NCBI GenBank assembly: GCA_044892525.1
Contig: CM097887.1
Location: 88,390,397-88,454,396, forward strand
From: Schmidtea polychroa
Lineage: Eukaryota
Length of the DNA: 64,000 bases
Direction: 5' to 3'
This document shows positions 12,671 through 26,671 of the stretch, piece after piece (within the stretch, counting starts at the first letter, position 1; the number at the start of each line of letters is the position of its first letter). The position numbers and the translations under genes were made by a program. The notes below the pieces were generated by a model, which searched no databases, was not told where the DNA came from, and saw only the letters and a program-made list of their open reading frames with translations.

Positions 12671-15600
12671 TTATTGCAAGGATCTCTCTAAAGCTTTCTG
12701 TAATGCTGTTTGCTCTTCTTTTGACAGGGTATTAATACAACTGGTAAAGCAATCTCGATTGACCTAAAGAATACCAAGATAATTGTCGCAATAATGAAAT
12801 TAACATTTTATAAACAAAATAAAAAGCAAAATGAGAACTCACCTGGACCATTTTGACTAAATTCATACACCGCCTAAAAGTTGGATGTTCCTCAGGCATT
12901 CCTTCCCTCATTAGACAATATGCAATTGATCGGATCACATGTGGTAAGTTATTACTGATGACCATGTTATTGGTTTCCGCTAAGTCGCACAGAAACCCGA
13001 AAACGTGAGGAGTCTCCTCACTGTCTTCCCATATCGGTAACCAGCTCAACCAAGTGGGCAGAAAAGCCCCTAAATCACCATTGGGAACACATTCTGGTCG
13101 ATATTTACAAATTTTCGATAATGCACTGATTGCATTTTCGGTGCTCGTGTTGAGCTCGTCATCTCTTGAACATGAAGCTTCAACAAGTTCAACGAGAACC
13201 GGCGCAGCCTCTCTCAGTACTTCGATGAATTCAACACCACCATACATTGCCATCAATCCAAACCCATAAATGGCAGCCTGGCGGATTTCCTTGCGTTCGT
13301 GCCTGAGACCATTGACCAATGCAGGCAAATAGTGTTGACAATACTGCCAACTGATCGATCCAACACTTTCAATCATGTCGTCCCAGAAACAGATGCAATA
13401 CTGGAAATCGGTCCATGGGCGGTCATTTTCCTGTAGTTTCATAACATTCGGGAGTAACTGGTCGAAAACTGGCAAAGCGTCCTCTTTGTACACCAGGAAC
13501 AGCGCGTGCATCAAATCCACTAACTTACACAGTACGTTGTCATCTTCATCCTTATCATTTTCCAGTTGTTCTTCGTCTTCCTCGTCGTATTCATCCGATT
13601 TTCTTTTCTCGGCTCTCGCGTCTTGATTCTTAAACATTTCCTCAAACTGTCCATTCATTATCCCAATCAATATTTCCATTCGTTCCCGACTGATCGATTC
13701 TCTACCCATTTTTTTGATACCTTCAGCAATCGCATCCATCATTTCAGCGATTTGAGCTTTATACGGTTCATCGGGGATTGCAATCAACAGGGCTGCAATC
13801 ATTCGATCCCAAAGAGCATTTGTCACGTTGGCACCCAACGGCCGACTACAGTCAATCAAAAACGGGATAATATCTGCAGCACTGCTTCGCACTTCCTCAT
13901 TGAAATAGAATTTCAGCAAAGGAATCATGATATCGGCGACCTGTAGCACATAGGGACAGAATGCATCCGACAACTCTCTGGCATAGCATACCAACATCTG
14001 GCAAGCAGTTGCTTTGTCTTCGAGTCCGCTTGTGTGGATCGCAAAATTCTGATCGTCAGCAATCTTAACGACTTGCCAATCTTTATCGATTTCTTCTGCT
14101 TCTTCGTTGTACATCATGCAGACATCCGGTCGAATGCTTGCGGTTTTCAGGACCGATTTCATGACGAGTGGAAGAAACTCAGCAAATGATTTACCGAGCA
14201 ATTTACACATCCGAGCCCAAGCACTAATCATGTAAGAGTGTTGTGGATCATCGGCGGGATTCGAGTTGTCATCGGTATCGTCATCGGTAGCGGTTTGTGA
14301 TTTCAACAGTAGCTGCATAACGTCTTGTGCGTCTGACATGAATCGATCCCGGCCGACAGCCAATCCCATCAATGAAATGCACTCGATAGTTTTCCCGCGT
14401 AACAAACGCAAATGTTCAGCATTGCACTGTTCCATGAGAAATTTGAGAAATTGCATGAATCCATCATAATAGGAAACAAAATTTTCCCCAACCGAATCGG
14501 CCACCGCGGCAATAGTTGTGACGATTTGTTCCAATACAAGTTTTCGGCCGCTCTGTACGAGTTCGTTGTATTTTTTCTGTAAAACAAGCAGCAACTTTTC
14601 AGTGAGCGCTGGCAAATAGTGGAGAATGACAGATTTCGGTGACGATTCACAGAAATTAACCATAGCTGCTCCAGCGTATGCTTGAACTCTGGGAAATTGA
14701 TCGTTATCTAATACCGATAACAAAGCCGGCACGATTTTCCCGTGATATGATTTCTGTAATTTGTGCCCGAAATCTGTCGACAACTGTCCGACAGCATTGC
14801 AAGCAGCATATCTCACCCGAGGATGCTCATCAGACAACAGTGGCACAATTTCATCGATAATTGATCCAAGAATTTCTTCCATTACTTTATTTAATCCTTC
14901 TGCACAAGATGAAATCGCCATCAATCCACCGTGACGATCTTTCCAATTGGCTGAAAGATGGATAATTGCAAATTTTCAAAGGCATTTCTGGCACTTACCA
15001 CTATGAAGCATAGCGGGAACCGTGCGAGTTATTTCATTCAATACCTTTCTACCTCGCATAGCGCATGCAATTCTATCCAGAGACATCTCAGCGATTATAC
15101 TCGGTGATGAATCATCTTCCTCCTCTTCAATATCCATTGTGGCCCATTCAGGATCGTCGTCAAGGTCTGTCAGCATCTAGTTGTATGGGAAAATTATCCA
15201 ATTTTCATAAAACTTATTTCAACAACTTTAAATAATATTTGAATAAATCCTTGCATATGGTTCGAGTACTTTCTAACAACTCCTGGACAATTTTCAGTCA
15301 ACGATACAAACACTTCAACCGCAAGATGCTTCTGTGATTCATCTACATTGACATTATGCAATATCTGAAAAATACAATATTGAAAAAATCAATAAATGTG
15401 CAACAGAGATAAAAATCTTTTATCGGTATTTATTACTATTTAAAGATAAATATCTATTATTTGTGTTGTCGATCTTAATAAAGATAAGACGAATGATTAT
15501 TTATCATTTTCGTAAATCTACTGACAAAATATTCAGTAGAATAATAACATAAAAATTTGTATTCAAAAGAAATTATGCAATGATCTATTAAATGAAACTA

Positions 15601-17329
15601 AAATTCTTTTTTTGATGATAAAATCATCAACATTTATATTAATTTAAATTATTATGCCACATAAGCACTTGCTAAATTAATGAAAAAATAAAATTTCAAT
15701 TTAAAAATTACATAGAAATAATATTGTCTAAATGCAAAAAAATAACAATTAATATTTACTTAAGTTCAATAGTGTGAATTTATTATTATTATGAGGCTGG
15801 TGTGATATATTAGCGGGGGAATGCTGATTATTGATTTCATCAAAAAATAATTTAAACATCTTTAACTTGTTTTGAAGAACAAATAGAATTTATTTAACAT
15901 TTCGGTTAAGAGATGTTAAACAAAATTTTACTGTATAGAAATATAAATTACAATAAAATAAAATTTATAATTTTATATCCACTGACTATTAATCAGTAGC
16001 TTACTAAAATTAATTTTAATTAAATAAAATATCAATACCAAAAAAAAATTGAAATTTCATTGAGATTCATAGCATTAATAAGATATAATAAATTTCATAG
16101 AATTTAATTATGAGTTGAAATTATATTCACAAATAAAATTCGAATTAATTACCCAGCTAATCCAAATGAAAATGTGGATAAATAAGATAAAAAGTTGAAT
16201 CCAGTAACAAATAATAAAGTCACCAATTTCATAAATCTACCGACTAATTAAGCAGAAATCTAAACAGATTTTAAATAATTTATAAATAAATATATTTTTG
16301 GTAATAATTATGTTAAACAATAAACTTTGTTGAAATATTATTTAACTTACAAATTCTTATAAAATCAAATGGCAAAAACTTACATTCATGCATAATTCCA
16401 ATATTTCATTCATTCTTGGTTTCAAAAATTCGGAAGCCGAATCTGCAATATCAACAAGAGCTTTCATGCATGAATCATCATCCGGATTGTTTGTTATCGA
16501 ATCTGCCGTTGTCTTCATAATAATGTCATCAAATTAAAAAAATATCATAAAAATGATTATTACAGTCAACATCATAGGTATTATGTTCGCCATTTGCGGA
16601 AAAGAACTATTCTCATCGATTTGAGATCCAATGAAGGATGTAAATGTCTTAACACTAGCAACTCTAACTTCAAGACTTTGGATGTTTCCTGATTCATCAG
16701 TTCGAGACATGGTTTTGGCAAAAATCTGACAGATTGAGTTTATATTTGATAATAATTGATCACCCAGTAAATTTGGAAGTGACGAAAACATTTGCAAACC
16801 GATTGCTTTTAGGTTTGAATCCTGACTATTAAGACAACCCTCGAAGATAAAACTTAGCAATTCGGGCCATAATAAATTTCCATTGTCATCTATGAATTAA
16901 TTACTATATTTAATAGAACAATTAGAAAATGATACCAAATTGTTCTTGAGCTATTTCAACCGCGATATCAGATAATTTTTTTCTAATTTGCGGCTGAGCA
17001 TCTTTTACAATCCATTCAAGTAACTTTTGTTTGGTAAAATTTTGAGTTTCTTCAGATAAGCTTCTAAACGATTCATCAAACGAATTATCTAATAGGCGAC
17101 GACATAGAACGCCAGAAAATATTCTAAGTTGGTCATCTTCTTGTGATGAAATAAATTGCAATAACAGTTCAAATCGTGTTTTAGCTTCTATACCGTCATA
17201 AGTTAACTAAAATTAAAAATAAATAAATATTGAAAGAAACAAATTTCTCACTTCAGCTTGATTTCGAATGTCATTATCCTGAGATTGTAATTTCTCCAAC
17301 AATTCTTTAAATTCTTGATTTAAAACCAT
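12671..17329 (-). CDS. IPO5: Importin-5 / karyopherin beta-3 (HEAT repeats), 8 exons: 17329-17252, 17206-16936, 16889-16564, 16512-16384, 15364-15227, 15176-14999, 14950-12843, 12763-12671
   Basis: Recognisable motifs HPRVRYAACNAVGQ, KLVLEQIVTTIAAVAD, LLRGKTIECISL, SYMISAWARMCK, TACQMLVCYA, LLKFYF; all introns GT-AG with compatible phases (45, 46, 51, 1019, 50, 48, 79 bp). Confidence 0.96.
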
Positions 17330-19551
17330 ATTTATTCTATACAAAATTATCGAAAGGAATTACAACTAGACTGTTTACCTCAATACGTTAAACAAGTATT
17401 TAAAAAGCACGAATCAAAATTAAAAGTACCGCCAAACTTTTTATTAATATAAATAAAGTGTTTTATTTAATCTTCAAAATTTGAAAATTAAAAACAAATA
17501 TTATTAAATGCTATTTCTTTATATAATTATTATTCGAATTATAGTTCTTTATCAAAATTCGTAAAATAATAGACATTAAAATCAGCTGACAATGAAAAAT
17601 TTGTAAAATTATTAGATAAAGTAGTATAATGCTTAAAAATCTAGCTATTAATAGCTAATTTTAAAAATTACATGAAATGAATTAAATTAGTGAAATTATT
17701 TACACCAAAGGGCAATTGAAGATGGCTAAATGAACATTGATTAAAAGATAATTAATATAAATAAAATCTACGTGTTTGTGTCGAACCCAGGAGATATTTA
17801 ATTAAATCCGTGACATTAAATTATGGTTTACAGTATAGACGGATTTAAAAATCCATTGTTGGAAGAAAATAAATACATGTACGCACACAAGGTTCACAAA
17901 ATCTACATAATAAAATTTACACACAAATGGACAAAATTAAACTCAAAAAAATTTAATAAACTCTAAAATTTTAATTCTAAAACGATTAAATTTGAATACA
18001 TTTGAGGATATCTCTGATGCTAACCCATTTTAAAACTCCGCCTACATTGTTTTTAGTGAAATTAAAAATGTAGAAAGGATTAAAGTTTTCTCAGCTCATG
18101 AATTTAGCAAAATGAGTTTCAATAATAGATTTTCTGCAATACACCAAGAAGTTAATGTTGAACTCCAAAAACCAGATTAGAATAATTTGAGAAATTACTA
18201 GCATCACATTAAAAGATTCTATCCTTAATTTATGATGAAACAAGGCATTATAGGAGAAATGTTTGGTTTTTGTCCATGTTAAAATATATGTCTTACTTTA
18301 TTCAGCATAAAATCTAAAAAATATTTATATTAAATAAAAAAGAAAATACATTGAATTAAACATTAAAAATTATTGTTAATATTAAAATAAATAAAAAGCG
18401 CAATTGACTGGATTTTACTTAATATCCAATTAGCCATTCTCAATTGCACATTGGTATAGCAGGAAATTTACTATAGCAGTTTGTTTAATATAATAAATCA
18501 TAGAATAAAGCAAAAGGAAATTTATTTCCGCATTAAAAACAATCATAATCATACATAAAGAATTCCAGTTGAGTTTCTAAATGTCAGGGAAATACGGTGA
18601 GAGAAACTCCCTGTTAAACCCCATAATATTCATTGACTACTATGTACCCGTTGAACGGCGTTGGTAATGCACAACAGTGGGTATAAAGAAATTAATTCTT
18701 TATCTAGGACTGCTGGTGTTCTGACGTACCGATTGCTTCATGGACTTACAATAGAACATACCATGCCCTAACCCTTGCCTCTCTTCTTATGATCATATAC
18801 CAATACTTAGTAATTTTTTTCAATAATTAGTATATAATTCGAAATATCGTTCATGTATGATAAGAATTTCTCAAAAAAGACTTGAACAATTATTATTCTA
18901 CTTTACTTAGTAATCAAACTATACTCGCGATTCAATCGCGTTACTCATTTGTCAGTTCAATTTCATTTCAAAACATTTTAGTCTAATCGATGCATCATAC
19001 ATTATTTAGACGTTTCAATCTGTCCTTTTCATTTTCCTCAGCCGGGTCTTAACAGATGGTTTCTTTTCAAATGAAGAAAGATCAATAGGCATGTTATATG
19101 GCCCCAGTATGATCTCAAATGGATCCGGATTAAATAGATCCGTTAAACTGCTATTTGTTGGGCCTGCTCACAAATGATCGATCACCTTCAAATCTCGCAT
19201 GATGATTTGACTTTCTTCGATCTGCCTATGCTGGTACTCGATCGTCTTATTCAGTTTGCTTACGAAATCTGGACGAAACTAAATTGATTCCAGACGTCGG
19301 TACGTTCAAACGAAGGCCTCAGCGTACGCGAATTGCTTGTTAGTCTCTGCTTAAATAATCCAGATTCAACACCAAATTGGAAAATTATAATCACACAAGA
19401 AAAAACTCCTTATGTTATTCATAAAGGTTTTGTAAACAACCTCGAGATCCCGAGGCTGATTCTCGTAGTGGTGATAAAAGCAATACCTACAATGGTAATA
19501 ACAATAATGATGATGATAACAATGACAAGTATAGTAATAGTAGAGGCCAAA

Positions 19552-20535
19552 TGTGAGTAATTGCGTAATTCAATACAATGTGTTAGTTATTGCGCAATAT
19601 ACATTACTATTTAAGAGTGATAACTCTGTGTTAATAATTAAATAAATCTTTAAATAGAACCGATTGTTGATTGTTGTAACTGGTGACCACGCCGAAAGTG
19701 TTCACACAATGACGACTCAAGGAGAAGGGAAAAGATCTGCAAGAGACGCACTACAGAAACGTGTACGAGAACTCTTGGTCATGAAAATTAGAAGATTCGA
19801 CGGCAGATGTACCAAGGAAGCTGAAAAATGGATACAGGTAATTGATGATTGGATCGCTAGGAATAATTTGAAGCGGATAGGAGCATTCGATTTTCTCCTT
19901 TGCGATGAAGCGGCTAAGCTGTGGAAAAATTTCAAAACAGAAAAAACAACAGATAAAGCAGCTAAAGAATGGTTTTCCGAAACATTTACAATTAAATTAA
20001 CTATTATAGACAAGATTAAAGAACTTGCTGCAATTAGACAAGAGGAAAGTGAGAGATATGCAACCTTCGAAATCAGTATATTAAAAATAATATGGGTGAA
20101 GTTATTAATTCAGGAATGAGGGTAGAGGAGATTGCCAATGAAATTATAACTGGACGAGTTAGACACAGAAGACTAAAAGATGCGCTAACAATGAAACCAA
20201 CGATGACATCAGAAGAACGAAATCATAAGAATGTGCGTAGATTATCGATAGTTGAATAACATGACAGAAAGAGAATCTTTCCCTATGCCCAACTTATCCC
20301 AATTACTCGAGAACATATCAAGATCTAGATTTCCTTCTTCTTCAGATCTTGGACAAGCATACTATCAGGTCGCATTAGTAGTAGAAGCACAAGAGAAAAC
20401 GGCTTTTAGTTCCAAAAAAGGTCAATTTTGTTTCATTCGACTTCCATTTGAATAATCAACGGCTCCAGCAACGTCTTAGTGATTAATGAACACGATGTTA
20501 GAGAGCATATTGTTTAATGGAGCAATTGTTTATTT
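19552..20535 (+). mobile_element. Degraded Ty3/gypsy remnant (short LTR, PBS, gag and RT fragments)
   Basis: PBS-like TGGTGACC at 19681; gag-like IRRFDGRCTKEAEKWIQ; RT fragment TERESFPMPNLSQLL...DLGQAYYQV...EKTAFSSKKGQFCFIRLPF. Confidence 0.8.
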
Positions 20536-21355
20536 CCAAACTATTTTTTGGCGATTCTCAACAATCTCCCAAATTCATAGTTATCTTCGCAATTTTCGAA
20601 AGCATCAATTAATCGAATTTTGCCAAGTTCTGATTCTATCAAAATATGGTTTTTTATAATAATATGTTAATAAAATTTACGTTTTTCGATTTTATTCTCG
20701 AAATCAAAAGAAATAGAAGAACCTGGTTGAATATTTGAAATTAAACCTTCACAAAAAGCATAATTTAGAAAGAAATCTGAAATATTGTAAAAAATTTAAA
20801 TTATATGTAAATTAATGAATACATTCCTCACCTTCAAAAATGGCAACGTTTCCAATTTTAATTGTAAAATCTTTAATTGGTTTTGAATATTCAATTATCA
20901 CTTATAGCTATTATAGCGAAAATATTTTCTAAACCAGACAATGAGATATTTGGTTTCATTATAAGTATACTGATAATAATATCTGAAATTCTAAAGAAAT
21001 ATTAAATTCATAAATAATCTTAAAAATCTTAGTGAGATTTTTCTTCATTTTCTCTAGAAAAATTTTCTCTAGAATATTTCAGCCATGTTTTTGTGATAAA
21101 TTGGAAATACTAATATGTTAATTATATATTAATCACTTTTATTCATTAAAGACTCAAAAATTTACATGCATTTTTTTATCACGTGTGCTGTGTTTGTATG
21201 TTAAATTATTTTTCTGCTACTCTCTCAATTTCTTTTTAAAAACTTTAATTCACTAAAACATTAATTTTTATCACACAGCTAAGTTTAAATGTTCCGATAC
21301 TATAACTTTATCAATTTTCTTTAGATTATGCAAACTTTTATTCATTAAAATTATA

Positions 21356-21790
21356 TGTATACATACGCACCTAAAACAATATAGTCATCCCGACACATCA
21401 CCTTCCTCCGGATCTCCTTCCGCCCGCCTGAGTCGGTTGTTCGTAATCTAATCTGCCACCACAGTTCGCCGCCTGCAGTCGGAATAAACCAATCAGTAGT
21501 TGCGCCGGTAGTGGATCTCTGCGCACCCACTTCCGTGCCCCCTGTCGACAAGCCAAGGAGGAAAAACCTCTCCAAGGCAGAGCGCAACGCGAGAAAATGA
21601 GACCTGATAACCGTCGCGCTGGTACAATTACATTAATCAATCGACCCTCATAAAACTGCTCGAGGAGGCATACATATTGCCAGTCAGTAAAAACGAGTTG
21701 GTCCCGGACATTTAGCAAAATGGGTGGTAAAGCCCGACTCTACTTATCGATCAGAGATACGGTTCACCTACATCAAATTTGTGAATAACA
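21356..21790. mobile_element. GC-rich 435-bp insert, possible solo LTR
   Basis: Abrupt GC rise in AT-rich DNA; TG...CA ends; internal AATAAA; no matching TSD found. Confidence 0.35.
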
Positions 21791-22276
21791 ATGTTCATTA
21801 ATGTTCATTTTAGTGCTTTGACTTTGCTTAATAATGAATTGTTTCATTATGTTTTGTCTTCATTCTGAACTAATATAATATGGGATAATTTTGCTAATGT
21901 AATGTTGCGATAAAGTGGGCACTGATGTCGAGACAGAATAAAGCCGGAAGTAGAGAGGTAGGAAAACAGGAACTACCAACGTAAGTCCTTCTAACGGCCG
22001 CTAAGGACACTTCAGAAAAGTAAAGGGGATCAGTTATAAGATAGTAGCTTACCTGCCATTTACTTTTCACCAGCAGTGTGCATTACCAACATGACGGTCA
22101 TCATGGTCAAATTGGTCGCGAATACTTCAAATCATGGGGATTTCAAGTACTGAGACCAAAGTTTACCTTAATTCATTCAATTTTTTCGCCAAAACGCCAA
22201 CATATGGATTGCGTAATTTTATGATTGATATTTCTTATTCAGAATATTGAATGCGTTTATAAATCCTTTCTTTTAA

Positions 22277-22594
22277 CCTCTTACCTGTCCCATTTCTCCG
22301 GGAAAAACGTCTCAAAAAAGGTCGTATTTTTTATTGTCAATAATGAAAGACTAAATTATAAGGATGTTATCCATAAGAAAATTTCATCAAAATCTTATAT
22401 GGTTCAAGAAATATACTGGGCTTGTACAGACAGCGTACGAATCCATACGGGATAATCTAAAACGAAACAGAAGCACAGAATTCCATTTAAATTAAATTTT
22501 TAATTTAATATGAAGCCTGCCCGTATATATACGGGATAATCCAAAATTCCATATTTATTTTGCCCGTATATATACGGGTTAAACCGTTAAGAGG
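22277..22594. mobile_element. piggyBac-like MITE
   Basis: TTAA on both flanks (22273-6, 22595-8); short TIR CCTCTTA; two internal CCCGTATATATACGGG palindromes. Confidence 0.7.
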
Positions 22595-22832
22595 TTAAAT
22601 ATTGTGATTAAAATATTATTTTGGTTTTTATCTTGAAAGTATTAATTTATTATAGGTCTTAAAATACACAATAAAAGACTATAATAAAAGTGTTTGACCA
22701 AAGCGCATAAATTATGTGAGTACATATTATTAGTGGATGATAAAAGTTATTAATATTTATAAAGAAAAAGTTATATTTTTCATTAACTTTACATCTTTAA
22801 AAATATTTTTAATGAAATTAAGCAATCGTATC

Positions 22833-23540
22833 TGTAAGAAAACCTTTGGAGACATAAGATTTATTATGACTAAAAATCTATATATCACTCCGGAAGAGGA
22901 TTATATTGTAAGTATCTTGAGTAGGATACATACATGCATACATAATACAATATCAAACCTTTGACATTCAGACACACATTAGATAATATTCAGTCATAAA
23001 AATTCAATATGCATAAATATTATTTCAAATAGGTATTATTTGCTGTTATCCTACACCAACCCTCGTTTTAAAATGTTTGATCCTTTCAACATTTTTAAAT
23101 TTCATTTTCCATTCTGAAATTCGAAAATGAAACTTCTGTCATGCAACTTCTTTATTATTTTACCTGAACCCTCAAATAAATTTACTAAATTGATCTATAA
23201 TTGTTAAAATATACTTCTTTCCATTAAATTGTTAAAATTAATAAAAATTAAATAATTTAGTTAATTAAATCTATTAAATTAAATTAAAAAATTTGCACAC
23301 ACTCATATTGAAAAATCCAATCTGTCTTGTGACGATTGCATTGATGGTCGACTTGATAAACTCCTTTGATCTACAATTTTATTATTGTTTCTAAATGGTT
23401 TCTTGTGTGGTAGGCTGTTTTCACGAAATCTTTGTTGTTGTCATACTTATGACTGTGGATATTGTTGAACTATGAATTGACTCCGATTTTGGATAAAATT
23501 TGCACAACTTCTTTAGAATGACTTCATATCCACAACGAAA
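22833..23540 (-). mobile_element. 3' LTR (22833-23055) + PPT + decayed integrase-like tail of the 10.8/62 kb gypsy family
   Basis: Collinear with 62268-62960; LTR TGTAG...TACA; purine-rich AAAACGAGGG upstream. Confidence 0.7.
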
Positions 23541-25214
23541 TGAGTATAAAAGCGACCGGCAAGTAAACAGAATTGCCAGTAGGTCGAAGAAACGTAAAGA
23601 AATAATCTAACGAGAGGAAGCAAAGGAAATTTGAACTTAGTAATAACTATATAGTTTTGAATCGAGCGTATCAGAATGAGGCATCTCCCGTCAAAAGATT
23701 AATCTCAGCGCAAGGTTCAGATTAATATTGAAAGGTGCAGATCAAAAGAGTTACTTAAAGTTATGGTTGTTTCATTAAAGAGTGTAATCGATAAAAGTGT
23801 AATTGTATTAGTCTCAAATAAAGATTATTGTGTGGGATTGTCTAACTTAATTTCAAAAAGGACGCAAAAGAGTCAGACCGGGATACAGACTTGAACAAAA
23901 TACCCAACAAAGGTATTGTATACAGCTATTATACAGTATAATTACGAATTTCAGGTTATTTATGATTTAATTTCAAAAAGTATAGATTTATTAATTTTCT
24001 TTCTAAATGCAAATAATTTCGGGAAACCTTTCTTATGTGATCGTAATAAATTCCTCCTTGTTCTATGATTTTGATAAATCTTTTTAATTAATTTTTAAAA
24101 ATCTAAAAATATTTAACCTTAAACTTATTATTTCCATTATACGTTACGTTTTTTGAATGCTTTTTGGTAATCTATCCTTATTTCTCGAATTTCTAAAAAT
24201 TTTTAAATTACAATGAATATGAATAGATAATAATTTACTGATGTTCATATTTATTCCCCCCCCCCCCCTACTCGCGAAAAGGTGAAATGTGATAAAGCGC
24301 TTGAAATATCCTGAAATTGCACATTTTTTATAAATAACAACGCTAGCAATAAATTATTATACCAGAAAATTTTGTTCACCTGTGTGTATTTTTTGTATAG
24401 GGTCGTTGTGTGTAGGGTATGTGTTTATATTTTATATTTCTCACCAAAATTATTTTTCTGCTTTTCTGCAGTAAATGTACTTCATTTATGCCGTTCGCTT
24501 ATAATTATTATTCATATTTCATGTAGGTATTTTTTTCGATATAGAAATTAATCGGGTTTTATAATACCTTAATTTGTGACTAAACGTACCATAATATTTG
24601 CGTTTTTGTATCCAGTGTAACTAGATTTTAAACACGCAGGTAAGTTGTTGTGTTGCCTAAATTATGAAATTTATTGATTGTTTTTAATTATAGAAAGTTT
24701 TATCTAAAATGTATACTGAGTGTACTACTTTCTTGATTTCTATAATAAAAGATGGTGTTCTTTGAAATAGCAAATATCAACACACAGGTAAGTTGGTCTG
24801 TTTATATAAAATAAAGTTATTGATATTATTGTTATATTATAGGTGATATTATCCCATGAAACCGAGGTATATTTTAAGGACATAAATACAAATTATTACA
24901 GCCTTTCTGTGAAATATATTTGTTATATACATTTTAAAAACAATGACTATTTTCAAAGATGTTTCATTCTTAATTTTCCATGTTTTGACAAATTTTAAAG
25001 TAATACTCATTTAATAAATAATCATTCTTAAATTATATTTTATTAAAAATCTTCAAACTCTAATTATTTTAATCTTAATTAAATATGCCATTGTATTTTC
25101 TAATGTAATTAACCGTAAAATATTAATTGTTTGTTTGTTTTCTATAGAATTCCCTACCGTTGGACCTAGGGTGCTGAAATTTTGCATGTGCCCCTCATTT
25201 GACTCGGGACAGGT

Positions 25215-26306
25215 TGTTGTGGTTGGCGTAGTCCTTTCTGGTGATTTGGCAATAGAATCATTTCTTTGACCATTATTCGAGAAAACGCTAAATAATTCTT
25301 CAGTTTTCTTTTTTTCTGGCTGATATAATGATGGATTTTCGCAATGAATTATTTTACAATGGGTAGTATTGAACAAAACCGCGTCACATTGTTTGTAGTC
25401 ACAACAATATTTAATACATTCGTCCCACTCATCTAGCATGATTATCTTTTGTATGATATTAGTTTTATTAACAAGACCAAATGGAAAGTGATTCAATAAC
25501 ACGATTTGTGAATACCTATCATCAGATGAATTAATATTCTTACATACTTCCTCCTTGTTCGAGGTTATGAAATTTAACAATATCAGTAATGTAAATAATT
25601 TTAAAATCATTTGAGAAGAAAAGTAATTAAATTCAATTTAAAGTCAGACAATTTATATAATAAATTCGATTTACACAATTTTTATTTAAATTACAATTTT
25701 CACTTATTTAAGTAAAACAAAAATATATTATAGAAACTATATAAAAAATGTAAATATAATCAGACCAGATAAACATATTCAACAGCCATTTCTCATTTAC
25801 AAAATGTTAACTAAATATAAATTGTCCATGAACCATTTTGACCATTGTCATTCGCATACAATATTTGAGGAAATGTATATCCTTTGCCGTTCTGATCCTT
25901 TTTTGCATTATCACATTGATCAGAATTTGTAAAGACGTGTGGTGGTTTGATAAAAAGATCTTTTCGGGTTCATATTATTGTTAGGATTTGTTCCGTATTT
26001 CGCGAATTGTAATGGATGAGGGTGTTGGTCTATGAGAGCCAACACTAAAACTATTGGGAGCCGAATACAGTTTATCTTGATAATGATAACATGGCATCGA
26101 ATTTGCTTTACTCGTCTGAGATTGATTAATAGAGCCTGATTGATAAGTAGAAGTATTAGCTGATCGCACGACTTTTGATTGACTATACTTGTGTTCTGTT
26201 TGGTCCTTATTCGTTGGTGACCGCGCATTTATATATAATATAATATAATATAATATAGTATAATAGGTATATAGATATTGTTAAGGCCGTGTAACGGCTC
26301 ACTACA
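25215..26306 (-). repeat. LTR copy (1092 bp), itself flanked by CAGGT on both sides
   Basis: Near-identical to 32585-33723 apart from about 5 substitutions and a 47-bp deletion. Confidence 0.9.
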
Positions 26307-26671
26307 CAGGTCATAGGCTATGTTTCACCCCCAGGTTACCCCTCCCCCCCCCCTAGGGTACCCTTAGTCGGTTTTTTTGTCTGTCCGGTCAGCAATTTAC
26401 CATATAAATAATAATTTATTATATGCTTGCTACTTGCAGTTGAAATAAATATAATTTAGTCAAAAGTTTTCAAAGCAGAATTCAAACATGGAGAATTTGA
26501 ATATTATTTGATTAGTGAACCAGTTTGCAATTGGAAAAATATTGCCAGTTATTTTTCGATTTAAATTGGAGTGCGTTTTCGATTTTACAAGTAGTGACAA
26601 TTTATCAAAGGTGGATAGTGTCTAAAAAGGAAATCGGCGATTGATGAATTAATTGATCACATGGAATAAAG

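Noticed and set aside
13054-14860. Plus-strand ORFs opposite IPO5 (and similar ones opposite pol/gag)
   Set aside because: Antisense shadows of long coding exons with no independent motifs.
25053-25214. C-terminal extension of the MANEC ORF in the left LTR
   Set aside because: It is read-through into Helitron flank, not element or gene sequence.
26339-26353. G-tract on the minus strand as the element's PPT
   Set aside because: It lies ~30 bp from the LTR edge and is identical to the Helitron flank at ~33755-33770.
25215-26590. The whole 1.4-kb direct repeat taken as the LTR
   Set aside because: TSD CAGGT and the TGTAG start place the LTR edge at 26306/33723; the extra 284 bp is host flank.
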